A stretch of DNA of 64,000 nt from Flavobacteriales bacterium. Its GTDB lineage: Bacteria; Bacteroidota; Bacteroidia; Flavobacteriales_F; PHOS-HE28. The position numbers and the translations under genes were made by a program. A model generated the notes under the pieces. It was not told where the DNA came from, ran no database searches, and saw only the letters and a list, made by a program, of their open reading frames with translations. Shown here one piece after another: positions 55,344 to 64,000 of this stretch (position 1 is the stretch's first letter; every line of letters starts with the position of its first letter). The stretch spans positions 614,686 to 678,685 of the forward strand of contig JAXLVH010000001.1 of NCBI GenBank assembly GCA_046329105.1. The letters are read 5' to 3'.

Positions 55344-55447
55344 ATGGAGTTCGACTGACGGGCATGGCCGACGAGGTCTCGCGCGACAGCCACATCGGCG
55401 GCTGGTGCGACAGAATGGACAAGCTGGTGGGGCAATTCACGGGTTGA
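55344..55447 (+). pseudogene. Relic copy A of the 3' end of SRPBCC gene 8
   Basis: MEF[-1]LTGMADEVSRDSHIGGWCDRMDKLVGQFTG* aligns to 53400-53504 (MEFRQTGLASEDSRDSHIGGWCDSMDKLAEQFAD*); 104 vs 105 nt. Confidence 0.85.
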
Positions 55448-55548
55448 TCCGCTCCGGTTCGCCGGGAAAGTAGCGGCCCGGGGACCTCTTTGCGTTTCAG
55501 GCGACATCGCCGTTGCCATGGATATGGTTGGACGATTACATTCGTTGG

Positions 55549-56373
55549 ATGCCTGCCCAGGCGAACACCTCCGAGGTGTGCTTTGTGATCCCGCCCGCAC
55601 TGCGGGATGCGGTGAAGATGTTCTGGCAGATGGACCGGACAGGGCTGATGCATGGGCATGAGACCATCGTTCCAAAGGGCGTCGTGGAGATCATCTTCAA
55701 TTTATCGGCAGAAACAATTGTGCGCTACCGGAACGGGGCCGGACCACTGACGGTGCCGCGCGTTTTCCTGAATGGCTTCAACACCGCGCCTTTCCGGATC
55801 GCGCTTCCCGCGCATCAGCGCTTCCTGGGCATCGTGCTCCATCCCACCGCCGTGAAACGGATCTTCGGATTTCCGGCCAGGGAGTGTGCCGACTGGATCA
55901 TCGACCTGTCCCTGGTGGACCGCACCATGAACACCTTGTGGCATGAGGTGATCGAGCGGCCCACATTCACGGAACGCCGGGCTTTGCTGGTGGAATGGAT
56001 GGTGGCGCGCCATGCGCAGCCCACCGCGCGCGAGTGTGCCATGGACCGCTTCCTCGGCGACCATGCCAGCCAAGTGCCCACCGTGGTCCAGTTGGCCGAT
56101 CGGCTTTGCTGGTCAACGCGCCAATTGACCCGGCGCATGGAAGAGCTGACCGCCATGAACACCGAGCGGACCCTGCACTACATGAAGCACGTGGGTGCTT
56201 TGCACTTGATCCACCTTTCCCCGATGCCGCTCACGGCGATCGCCTACGCGAGCGGTTTCGCGGACCAGGCGCATTTCAACCGCTCGTTCAAAGCCTTCAC
56301 GGGCTATACGCCCATGGCATACCGGCAAGCCATGATCCCCATGGTGGGGCACCTCATGGAGAATGTCCGATAG
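55549..56373 (+). CDS. AraC family transcriptional regulator (DUF6597-like N-terminus)
   Basis: VPKG.VE.IF, GI..HP, S.RQL.R, L..IAY.SGF.DQAHF.R.FK.FTG.TP..Y; TACATTCG at 55537-55544 favours the 55549 start. Confidence 0.9.
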   Translation: MPAQANTSEVCFVIPPALRDAVKMFWQMDRTGLMHGHETIVPKGVVEIIFNLSAETIVRYRNGAGPLTVPRVFLNGFNTAPFRIALPAHQRFLGIVLHPTAVKRIFGFPARECADWIIDLSLVDRTMNTLWHEVIERPTFTERRALLVEWMVARHAQPTARECAMDRFLGDHASQVPTVVQLADRLCWSTRQLTRRMEELTAMNTERTLHYMKHVGALHLIHLSPMPLTAIAYASGFADQAHFNRSFKAFTGYTPMAYRQAMIPMVGHLMENVR

Positions 56374-56428
56374 GTTCAATTTTCCGGTTTGGGGTCCGCA
56401 GGAGATTTGCCGCCAAACCACTGGAACC

Positions 56429-56953
56429 ATGTCCAACGCAAAAAATACGCGCTCCACGGTCGGCTACTACCTGCTGATCTTATCGATGTTCGCGTTCTTC
56501 TCCGTTGCTGGCGCCAACGTCTATGAGTTGATCACCGAGGTCCCGAACTGGTCCTCCAACGTGCCGGAGTCCCTCATTGCCAGGCGCGCGAATATCACCG
56601 TGACCAACCCTGGACACTTTTTTCAGACCTTTTCCCCGCTTGCCATCCTCTGTCTGATCGCCTCAACCATCCTGCTGCGCAACCGGCCCAAGGAGGCCAA
56701 TAAGTGGTTGCTGATCTCCCTTGGCGGAATTGTCATTGCCGAAGCCTTCACGGGCATCTACTTCATGCCGCGCAACTTCACCCTCTTCCTGGACCCCATG
56801 GATGGCGTGCCCGTGGAGGCATTGCGTGCTGCAGCCTCAGAATGGGTGGCTGCGAACAAGGTGCGCCTCGCGCTGGTGTTGATCACCTGGTTCGTGCTGT
56901 TGAAAGCGTACGCCGTTGTCGCCATTGCCCGGCACCGGGAGGTGGGGCAATAG
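56429..56953 (+). CDS. DUF1772-like four-helix membrane protein
   Basis: Hydrophobic helices; G..YE....PNW, P..FF....PL, Y..PRN..LF, W...N.VR; downstream of AraC. Confidence 0.6.
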   Translation: MSNAKNTRSTVGYYLLILSMFAFFSVAGANVYELITEVPNWSSNVPESLIARRANITVTNPGHFFQTFSPLAILCLIASTILLRNRPKEANKWLLISLGGIVIAEAFTGIYFMPRNFTLFLDPMDGVPVEALRAAASEWVAANKVRLALVLITWFVLLKAYAVVAIARHREVGQ

Positions 56954-57007
56954 CTTGGTGGGTGAAGGCCCGCATCTCGCGCAAGGCTCCAAGCTCGTGC
57001 ATTTTGC

Positions 57008-57175
57008 AACCTCGATCACCGGCCCCAGGTGACCGTGGACCTGTACAAGAATGACAAGCGCACTCGACTGGAATTCAGGCAACCTGGTCCGGACAGCGAA
57101 GACCCGCGCGAAAGCCACATCGGCGGGTGGTGCGGCAGCATGGATAAGCTGGCAGATGCACTTGACAGGTGCTGA
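57008..57175 (+). pseudogene. Relic copy B of the 3' end of SRPBCC gene 8
   Basis: DHRPQVTVDLYKNDKRTRLEFRQPGPDSEDPRESHIGGWCGSMDKLADALDRC* vs NHRTQVTVDLYEEGAKTRMEFRQTGLASEDSRDSHIGGWCDSMDKLAEQFAD*; in-frame TGA at 56963 and no start codon. Confidence 0.88.
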
Positions 57176-57305
57176 TGGTCCTCATCGTCTGACAGGTTGA
57201 TCCGTTCATCCGCCGGACCAAGAATGAGGATATGGCAGATAACCGCATACCATACATCAAGGATCAGTGCGGCACCGGCCCCGGTTGCAGGAGCCGCGCC
57301 CTCCC

Positions 57306-58013
57306 CTACCTCCCAGTGAGGTACACGTAGTCCATCAACACGCTGCGAAGTAGCTCCTCGGCGTGCAGTTCAGTGGTGATCCCGAGCTCGCTCTTCACCC
57401 GATCGGTCATCGCCTGGATCGTCTTCGCCCTGCGTTGGCTGGTGCTCCGCAGGACCCGCTGGATCAGGCGTGCGTGCGCATCGCCCATGCGGAGCACCTC
57501 CGGATGGACCGGGACGTAGCCCTCGGGGATGTCGGCCAACAATGTGTCGCTCAATTGATACCGACGCTTCATCGAGACCACGCAGGTGCCCGCAGCGATA
57601 TCGCCCAAGCGCTGCCCCTTGCCGTTGAACAGGATCACCACCGCCCCAACGAAGGCCAACGCATCGATGGGCCGGAGCATCCAGCGCATGAGGTAGTGGC
57701 CCAGTCCGGGTTGGCCGCCATCGAGCCGCGCCACCTTCAGGTCCAGCGCGCGCTTGCCGATGCTCTTGCCATCCATGAACAGCTCGAACAGCAGGTTGTA
57801 GAAGGTCCACGGGATCCCGAAGATCAGGATCCAGAACCACTGCGGAAAGGATCCGAAGGAGATGTCCAGCCCATCGATGATCTGGTACACCAGGATCGTC
57901 CATCCGGCCAGCACGGTCCAATCCAGCATGGAGGCCAGTCCGCGGCCCACGATGGTGGCCACGTGATGCTCGATCACCACGTTCTGCGGTGTGTCGATCC
58001 GGATCGTTTCCAT
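57306..58013 (-). CDS. RDD family protein
   Basis: I.TPQNV.IE..A....R.LA...D, E.FMDG.SIGK, RW.LRPID, QRLGD..AGT.V. Confidence 0.9.
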   Translation of the reverse strand: METIRIDTPQNVVIEHHVATIVGRGLASMLDWTVLAGWTILVYQIIDGLDISFGSFPQWFWILIFGIPWTFYNLLFELFMDGKSIGKRALDLKVARLDGGQPGLGHYLMRWMLRPIDALAFVGAVVILFNGKGQRLGDIAAGTCVVSMKRRYQLSDTLLADIPEGYVPVHPEVLRMGDAHARLIQRVLRSTSQRRAKTIQAMTDRVKSELGITTELHAEELLRSVLMDYVYLTGR

Positions 58014-58140
58014 GCTGGGGCCAATGTACGGGACAGTGGTCCGGAGTCGCGACAAGTTCGCCCGGATCCCGGCCATCCTCTGCCCTACCACTGTCCCTGT
58101 GCACGGTGCTTCCTGCTCTATGTTTGCCGGAAGTCACCAG

Positions 58141-59109
58141 ATGCGGGAAGCGGCCTTCGTACAGCGGAACAAGGAGAAGTGGCAGCGCCTGGAGCAGGTG
58201 CTGGCGCACGGGAACAAGGGCCTGAGCGCCGATGAGACCACCTCGCTGTACATCGAACTCACGGACGACCTGAGCTACGCGCGCACCTTCTTCCCCGGCA
58301 CGCCGGTGGCCGGTTACCTGAACGAGTTGGCCGTGGGACTGCACCAGCATGTGCACCGCAGCCAGAAGACCGGTGGTGGCCGCATGATCACCTTCTGGAC
58401 CAAGGAACTACCGCTCGTTCTGGCAGCCACCCGCAAGCAGTTGCTCATCTCGGCGGCCGTCTTCTTCACCGCCTGCCTCATCGGCGCGGTGAGTGCGCAC
58501 CACGACGACACCTTCACCCGGCTGATCATGGGCGACGGCTATGTGAACATGACCCTGGAGAACATCAAGAACGGGAAGCCCATGAACGTGTACGGCACCA
58601 CACCCGAGATGGACATGTTCTTCGCCATCACACTGAACAACATCATGGTGTCGTTCTTCGCTTTCGCGCTGGGTGTGGTGTTCAGCTACGGCACCTGGCT
58701 CATGCTCATGTACAATGGTGTGATGCTGGGCTGCTTCCAATACTTCATGTATCAGCAGGGCGTGCTGCGCGAAAGCGTGCTGAGCATCTGGATCCACGGC
58801 ACCATCGAGATCAGCAGCATCGTGATCGCCGGTGCGGCCGGCATCGTGATGGGCAACGGACTGCTCTTCCCCGGCACCTTCACGCGGCTCACCAGCTTCA
58901 TGCGCAGTGCGCAGCGCGGCCTGAAAATCGTGATCGGCCTGGTGCCCTGCTTCATCCTGGCCGGTTTCCTCGAGTCGTTCGTCACGCGCCACAGCCCGGA
59001 GATGTATCCTTGGGCCAGCGCAGCGATCATCCTGGGGAGTCTGGCCTTCATCATCCTGTATTTCATCGTGTATCCTTTCCATGTCGAGCGCAGCCTCCGA
59101 AACGCGTAG
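58141..59109 (+). CDS. Stage II sporulation protein M (DUF95) family membrane protein
   Basis: MREAAFV.RN..KW..LE, DDLSYARTFFP, NN..V.F..F..G, IWIHGT.EI..I.IAG.AG, AGFLESFVTR; TATGTTTG box at 58119-58126. Confidence 0.92.
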   Translation: MREAAFVQRNKEKWQRLEQVLAHGNKGLSADETTSLYIELTDDLSYARTFFPGTPVAGYLNELAVGLHQHVHRSQKTGGGRMITFWTKELPLVLAATRKQLLISAAVFFTACLIGAVSAHHDDTFTRLIMGDGYVNMTLENIKNGKPMNVYGTTPEMDMFFAITLNNIMVSFFAFALGVVFSYGTWLMLMYNGVMLGCFQYFMYQQGVLRESVLSIWIHGTIEISSIVIAGAAGIVMGNGLLFPGTFTRLTSFMRSAQRGLKIVIGLVPCFILAGFLESFVTRHSPEMYPWASAAIILGSLAFIILYFIVYPFHVERSLRNA

Positions 59110-59986
59110 TACCGGCGCTGCGGTATCGTCCGACACGGGCTTCCGCCAGGTGCGCGACCTGAGCGACACGATCAGCACGGGGTTCCGCTTCATCCGCGCG
59201 CACGCGAGCACCTTGTACCGCCCGCTCTTCTTCATCTGCATGCCCATCCGCATAGTTGCCAGCCTGCTGCTGGGCTCCTTTTTCCAGACCATCCAAGGTG
59301 CGGGCGGCCCGGGCACCGGCGGTTTCATCAGCATGTTCGCCGGGTACGTGCTCGCAGGCCTCTCCTTCCTGCTGGCCAGCGCCGTGATCTGCGAGTACAT
59401 GCGCCTGGTGATGCTCTCTCCGGGAACGCGCCCAACGCTGGGTGCGGTTTGGCGCGAAACACGGCGCAACATCATTTTCTACCTCGTTCTCAGCTTCGTC
59501 ACCGGGGCGATGATGACCATGGGCTTCTTCCTCCTGGTCATCCCGGGTATCTTCCTGCTCGTGGTCTTCCAGTTCAGCTACCCGCTGCACGCCTTCGAGC
59601 GGGCGGACTTCGGTGCGTGCATCGGTCGTGCCTTCTCCCTGGCCTGGGGGCGCTGGTGGATGACCTTCGCGCTGCTCATCGGCCTATTCGGCATGGCCGT
59701 GCTGCTGCACGCCGCCATCGACATCCCCGGATGGTTGATCACGGGCTTCGGCTCACTCAGCGGGATGGACTGGACCGAGGATCCCGAAGGTGCGGGCCGT
59801 CGCATGCAGTGGTTCTTCACCTTCTTCGCGCTGATCGCCAGTGTGACCGAATTGATCGTGACACCCTTCGTGCAAGTGCCCATGTGCTACCACATGCTGA
59901 GTACCCTGGAACGCAACGAGGCGCCCGGCCTGCTGGAAGAGGTGCATCGCTTCAGCCTGGAACCCAGCCCTACCGCCAAGGGATGA
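59081..59986 (+). CDS. Conserved multi-pass membrane protein of the SpoIIM/MoxR cluster
   Basis: FRQVRDLSDTISTGFRFIR; several TM helices; LLVIPGIFL; R.F.L.WG.WW.TF. Confidence 0.75.
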   Translation: MSSAASETRSTGAAVSSDTGFRQVRDLSDTISTGFRFIRAHASTLYRPLFFICMPIRIVASLLLGSFFQTIQGAGGPGTGGFISMFAGYVLAGLSFLLASAVICEYMRLVMLSPGTRPTLGAVWRETRRNIIFYLVLSFVTGAMMTMGFFLLVIPGIFLLVVFQFSYPLHAFERADFGACIGRAFSLAWGRWWMTFALLIGLFGMAVLLHAAIDIPGWLITGFGSLSGMDWTEDPEGAGRRMQWFFTFFALIASVTELIVTPFVQVPMCYHMLSTLERNEAPGLLEEVHRFSLEPSPTAKG

Positions 59987-60927
59987 CGGTCCGCTGCCGC
60001 ATGCTGTTCGTGGTGTTGGCCGCACTGGTGACAGGCTGCGACCCGGACCGCGTGGCGGAGCGCGAAGCGCGTGAAGCCCAAGAACAGGCCACGCTGGATT
60101 CCCTGAACACCGCGGCCGAAGCGGAGGCCGCGGCCATGGTGGACTCCGTGGCCGAAGCTCTGGCGGCGGACAGTTCCCCGGAACTCGATTCCACTGGCGC
60201 GTGGAACTTCAACGAGGACGAGGTCGCCGTTACCGAAGAAGAGGTGGAGGAACTCAGCCCCGAGGACTGGTCCAGGCTGGCGCAGGACACCGTCCAGGTA
60301 CGTAACGTGCACTTCGACCAGGCCGCACTCGATGCCTACCTGAGCGATCCGGACCTGGACTACGATCGCGAGCGGCACGAGGAACGACTCTGGTGGACGC
60401 GTTTCATGCGCTGGCTGAACGACCGATTGAACGACCTCTTCGGATCCAAGGGCGGGCGACTGGTCTTCGACAACATCGAGTGGATCATCCTGGCCATCGC
60501 GGTGCTCACCGTGCTCTGGTTCTTGCGCAAGCGACTCTTCGGTGGCGTGTTCGGCATGGACGCACAGCGGGCACGACAGGTAACGGAGATGGAGGAGGAC
60601 ATCGCCGAGCTGGACCTGGACAAGCTGCTGCGCGAGGCCGAACAACGCGAGGACTGGCGGCTCGCGCTGCGCTACCACTGGCTGAAGGTCCTGCGCAAGC
60701 TGTTGGACGAGGGGCGCATCCGCTGGCAACCGCGCTCCACCGATGCCGATTACCTCGCCCAATTGAAGGATCCCGCCCTGCGCGCCACCTTCAGCGAGCT
60801 CAGCTTCATCTTCAAATGGGTGTGGTACGGTGACGCCCCCATGGACCGCACGCGATACCAGCGGCTGCGTCCCGTGTTCGAGGCCGCTCATTCATCCGCC
60901 CCGGCGGCACCGGCCCAACGCGCATGA
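59983..60927 (+). CDS. DUF4129 domain protein with predicted lipoprotein N-terminus
   Basis: LAALVTGC lipobox; acidic linker; TM; AE...D.RLA.RY.WL..L..L, ..L..F..VWYG. Confidence 0.82.
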   Translation: MTVRCRMLFVVLAALVTGCDPDRVAEREAREAQEQATLDSLNTAAEAEAAAMVDSVAEALAADSSPELDSTGAWNFNEDEVAVTEEEVEELSPEDWSRLAQDTVQVRNVHFDQAALDAYLSDPDLDYDRERHEERLWWTRFMRWLNDRLNDLFGSKGGRLVFDNIEWIILAIAVLTVLWFLRKRLFGGVFGMDAQRARQVTEMEEDIAELDLDKLLREAEQREDWRLALRYHWLKVLRKLLDEGRIRWQPRSTDADYLAQLKDPALRATFSELSFIFKWVWYGDAPMDRTRYQRLRPVFEAAHSSAPAAPAQRA

Positions 60928-62174
60928 GCAAGGGGGAACGCACCATCGTGATCGGTACCGTTGTGGTGGTACTGCTCATCCTGCTGCTGCAGACCATCGC
61001 CCCGCGCGAGACCAACTGGACCGAAACCTTCAGCGCGCACAAACGCTCGCCCTGGGGCTGCGAACTGGTGGTGGAGCGCGCCCGGGATCTTTTTCCCCAA
61101 GGAGTGACCCTCTCCCATGATCCGCTCTACCTGACGGCGCAAGCGCGACCCGACACCATCATCAGCAGCGGGCCGGTGAACCACATCCTCATCGACGAGC
61201 AGGCCAGTTGGGACTCCCTGGACCTGACCCACCTGTTGAAGATGGTGGAACAGGGGGACAACGCCTTTGTTGCCGCCAGACAATGGTGGGGCACAGGCAA
61301 CCTGCTGGACACACTGAACATCAGTTCCGACTACCGTTGGACCCCGAGTGAATGGAGCGAGGAGATCAACACGTTCGTGCACGCCGACACCACCGTGATC
61401 CGCTTCGCCACCCAGCCGCTCCGCTGGGACAGCGCCTCCCGCTTCGTGCGTGGCGACCATGACTACATGTTCGAACGGTTCCCGATAGACAGCACCGAGG
61501 TGCTCGCCGTGAAGGAGAAGACCGACAGCACGGGCACGCACCGCTATCCGGTGCTGCTCCGCATGCGCTGGGGCAAGGGGCAATTCTACCTGTGCACCAC
61601 ACCGAACGCCTTCACCAACTACGCGCTCCTGCGTCCCGAGGCGCGCCATTTCATGGAGGCCACCTTCGCCCTGCTCCCCGACCGGCCCGTGATCTGGGAC
61701 GAATTCTACAAGACCGGTCGCATGGAGAGTTCAACACCGCTGCGCTTCGTCCTCGACCGAACACCGTTGAAGCGTGCCTACTGGACCATGATCGTCCTGC
61801 TGGCCCTCACCATCCTGGTGCATGCCCGCCGCCGCCAACGCGCCATTCCGGTGCTTGAGCCCGTGCGCAACACCAGCCGCGATTTCGCCGAGACCATCGG
61901 CCGCATGTATTATTTCACGGGCGACCATGCCGACCTGGCCCGGAAGATGTGCCTGTACTTCAAGGATGAATTGCGCCAGCGCCTCTACCTGCGCCGCACG
62001 GTGTGGGACGAGGAGGACATCGCCACCATCGCCGCACGCACCGGCATCCCGATCACCGAATGGCAGAGCGCCTTCCGACTGATCGCTCACTACGAGACCG
62101 CTCCGCACGTGAGCGAGGAACAACTCATGCAACTCAACAGGTCCCTCTCGCGCCTGCGCGAACGGATCGCCTGA
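60924..62174 (+). CDS. DUF4350 domain protein
   Basis: N-terminal TM; NW..TF...K.P.G, V.QG..AF.AA, P..FTNY.LL, RRQR.IP...P..N.S..F..TIG..Y. Confidence 0.82.
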   Translation: MSKGERTIVIGTVVVVLLILLLQTIAPRETNWTETFSAHKRSPWGCELVVERARDLFPQGVTLSHDPLYLTAQARPDTIISSGPVNHILIDEQASWDSLDLTHLLKMVEQGDNAFVAARQWWGTGNLLDTLNISSDYRWTPSEWSEEINTFVHADTTVIRFATQPLRWDSASRFVRGDHDYMFERFPIDSTEVLAVKEKTDSTGTHRYPVLLRMRWGKGQFYLCTTPNAFTNYALLRPEARHFMEATFALLPDRPVIWDEFYKTGRMESSTPLRFVLDRTPLKRAYWTMIVLLALTILVHARRRQRAIPVLEPVRNTSRDFAETIGRMYYFTGDHADLARKMCLYFKDELRQRLYLRRTVWDEEDIATIAARTGIPITEWQSAFRLIAHYETAPHVSEEQLMQLNRSLSRLRERIA

Positions 62175-62214
62175 TCACCGATCATCCATACCGCGCGCTG
62201 TGCGCCAACAGACC

Positions 62215-63234
62215 ATGACAGACCCCACCGGCACGAACCTCGACGCCACCACCCCACCTCAGGATCCCGGCTACATCCCTTCCCTCCCACTGGCCGAATT
62301 GCGCAACACGGCGGACCGGCTCCGCGCCGAGGTACAGAAGGTGATCGTGGGCCAGGAAAAGGTACTGGACCTCCTGCTCATCGCCCTGCTGAGCGATGGA
62401 CACGTGCTTATCGAAGGCATGCCAGGCCTGGCAAAAACACTCACGGCCAAACTGCTCGCGCGCACCGTGGACACCGGTTTCAGCCGTATCCAGTTCACAC
62501 CTGACCTGATGCCGAGCGATGTGATCGGCACCAGCGTCTTCGACCCGCGCACCAGCACCTTCGAGTTCAAGTCCGGTCCCATCTTCAGCAACATCATCCT
62601 CATCGACGAGATCAACCGCGCACCGGCCAAGACCCAGGCGGCGCTCTTCGAGGCTATGGAGGAGCGACAGGTCACCGTGGACGGCCGTTCTTATCCGCTC
62701 GGAGCACCCTTCCTGGTGGTGGCCACGCAGAACCCCATCGAACACGAAGGCACCTATCGCCTCCCCGAAGCGCAGCTCGACCGCTTCCTCTTCAAGGTGG
62801 AGATCGGCTATCCCGGTGTGGACGACGAGGTGGCCCTGTTGCAACGCAGCCAGGAAGGCGCGGACCGCATGAGCACCGCACACATCCGACCGACGATCTC
62901 ACCCGCTGAGCTGCGCCATGCCCGCACACTGGCCGCTGGCGTGCGTTGCGACGAGAAGCTCGTTCGATACATCGCGGAGATCATCCACGCCACACGCAAC
63001 GACCGCACCTTGATGCTCGGCGCTTCGCCACGTGCCAGCCTGGCCACCTTGCGCGCTTCCAAGAGCGCGGCGGCCATCCAAGGGCGCGACTTCGTGGTGC
63101 CCGAGGACATCCAACTCGTCCTGCCGCCCGTGCTGCGCCACCGGATCCTGCTGACCCCCGAACGCGAAATGGAAGGCCTTCGGCCCGACGAGGTGGTGGC
63201 GCAGTTCATCGCCAAAGTGCCCGTGCCCCGGTGA
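62215..63234 (+). CDS. MoxR family AAA+ ATPase
   Basis: GHVLIEGMPGLAKT, RIQFTPDLMPSDVIG, LIDEINRAPAKTQAALFEAMEE, ATQNPIE.EGTY.LPEAQLDRF, GASPRA. Confidence 0.96.
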   Translation: MTDPTGTNLDATTPPQDPGYIPSLPLAELRNTADRLRAEVQKVIVGQEKVLDLLLIALLSDGHVLIEGMPGLAKTLTAKLLARTVDTGFSRIQFTPDLMPSDVIGTSVFDPRTSTFEFKSGPIFSNIILIDEINRAPAKTQAALFEAMEERQVTVDGRSYPLGAPFLVVATQNPIEHEGTYRLPEAQLDRFLFKVEIGYPGVDDEVALLQRSQEGADRMSTAHIRPTISPAELRHARTLAAGVRCDEKLVRYIAEIIHATRNDRTLMLGASPRASLATLRASKSAAAIQGRDFVVPEDIQLVLPPVLRHRILLTPEREMEGLRPDEVVAQFIAKVPVPR

Positions 63235-64000
63235 GCAACGCCCTGCGATCGTTCTTCCTCACCTCCCGATTCTTCGGGATCGGATGGGGCATCGTGGCGC
63301 TCTTCTGCGCCGCGTTCCCCTTTCCGTTCCTGCTGCCCGTGGCCACCGGGCTCCTGGTCGCGCTCGCTGCGGTCACACTCGTGGACACCCTCCTGCTCCA
63401 TCGCGTGAGGTCCGGCATCAACGCATCGCGCAACACGCTGGACAAATGGAGCAACGGCGATGAGAACCCCGTGACCATCACCGTGACGAGCCGCTACGGC
63501 ATACCCGTGGATGTCCGCGTGCTGGATGAACTCCCCTTCCAATTCCAGGAACGTAGCCTGGACCTGCATGCGCGGATACCGCCCGGGGGAACACGGGAAC
63601 TGAACTACATGGTGCGGCCCGTGGAACGCGGTGTGTACACCTACGGCGCCATCAACATCCTGGTGCGCACCCGCCTGGGACTGGCCGAGCGGCGTTACCG
63701 CCAGGAGCAGGGAAAGGAAGTGGCCACCTACCCCAGCTACATCCACCTTCGCAAGTATGAATTGATGGCCCTGGCCGACCGCTGGAGCATGGCCGGTGTG
63801 AAGAAGGTGCGTCGCAGCGCCCAACGCGTGGAATTCGAGCGCATCCGGAACTACGTGCCCGGCGACGACAAACGGACCGTGAACTGGAAGGCCACGGCCC
63901 GGCTCGGCGAACTGATGGTGAACCAGTACCAGGACGAGAAGGCCCAGCAGATCATCAGCCTGATCGACACGGGCCGCACCATGAAAATGCCCTTCGAAGG
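63231..64000 (+). CDS. DUF58 domain protein (3' truncated by window edge)
   Basis: My translation from GTG63231 (GTGA overlap): two TM helices, SNGDENPV, EFERIRNYVPGDDKRTVNWKATAR, LMVNQYQDEK, IDTGRTM. Confidence 0.9.
   Translation, partial: MSNALRSFFLTSRFFGIGWGIVALFCAAFPFPFLLPVATGLLVALAAVTLVDTLLLHRVRSGINASRNTLDKWSNGDENPVTITVTSRYGIPVDVRVLDELPFQFQERSLDLHARIPPGGTRELNYMVRPVERGVYTYGAINILVRTRLGLAERRYRQEQGKEVATYPSYIHLRKYELMALADRWSMAGVKKVRRSAQRVEFERIRNYVPGDDKRTVNWKATARLGELMVNQYQDEKAQQIISLIDTGRTMKMPFE

Noticed and set aside
56962-56985. Possible degenerate GTAAGGGCG-type repeat just before relic B
   Set aside because: Only ATCTCGCGC matches well; too short to separate from chance.

Overview
GC-rich Bacteroidota chromosomal segment, most like Flavobacteriales: A/C-rich start regions without Shine-Dalgarno sites, TAnnTTYG -7 promoter boxes, many T9SS C-terminal sorting domains (CTDs) and Gln-after-signal-peptide proteins. 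Core genes are fmt (partial), HU, a TrmH-type methyltransferase, ribosomal proteins THX and S1, pdxH, yqgE/algH, a class IV aminotransferase, a GmhB-like phosphatase, a rhomboid protease, an ABC exporter, cutC, tRNA-Ala(CGC), ppsA and the conserved RDD/SpoIIM/DUF4129/DUF4350/MoxR/DUF58 cluster (partial). Accessory block 1 (3.9-11.9 kb) is a T9SS cargo locus. Its 1363-aa ORF is cut off from its own signal peptide by a G9 tract, and it is followed by two propeller-repeat paralogs sharing a ~93% identical 339-bp 3' module, a CTD relic and a BIME-like REP array. Block 2 (21-27.6 kb) is two tandem Cys-rich CUB-like repeat T9SS proteins. Block 3 (27.7-33.7 kb) is a GH2/cutC/GH92 mannosidase cluster. 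Block 4 (44.8-57.2 kb) is the best candidate for an undescribed system: a 16-gene ArsR-led array of small ligand-binding folds (8 SRPBCC, 3 DUF1801, GyrI-like, VOC, YdeI/OmpD, DUF2200, ICMT-like). Its larger gaps all hold REP palindromes, one nested in another, and the 3' end of its last SRPBCC gene recurs twice downstream, bracketing unrelated cargo genes. No CRISPR array, cas gene, integrase or transposase was found. All family calls are motif recognition by eye; no database search was run.
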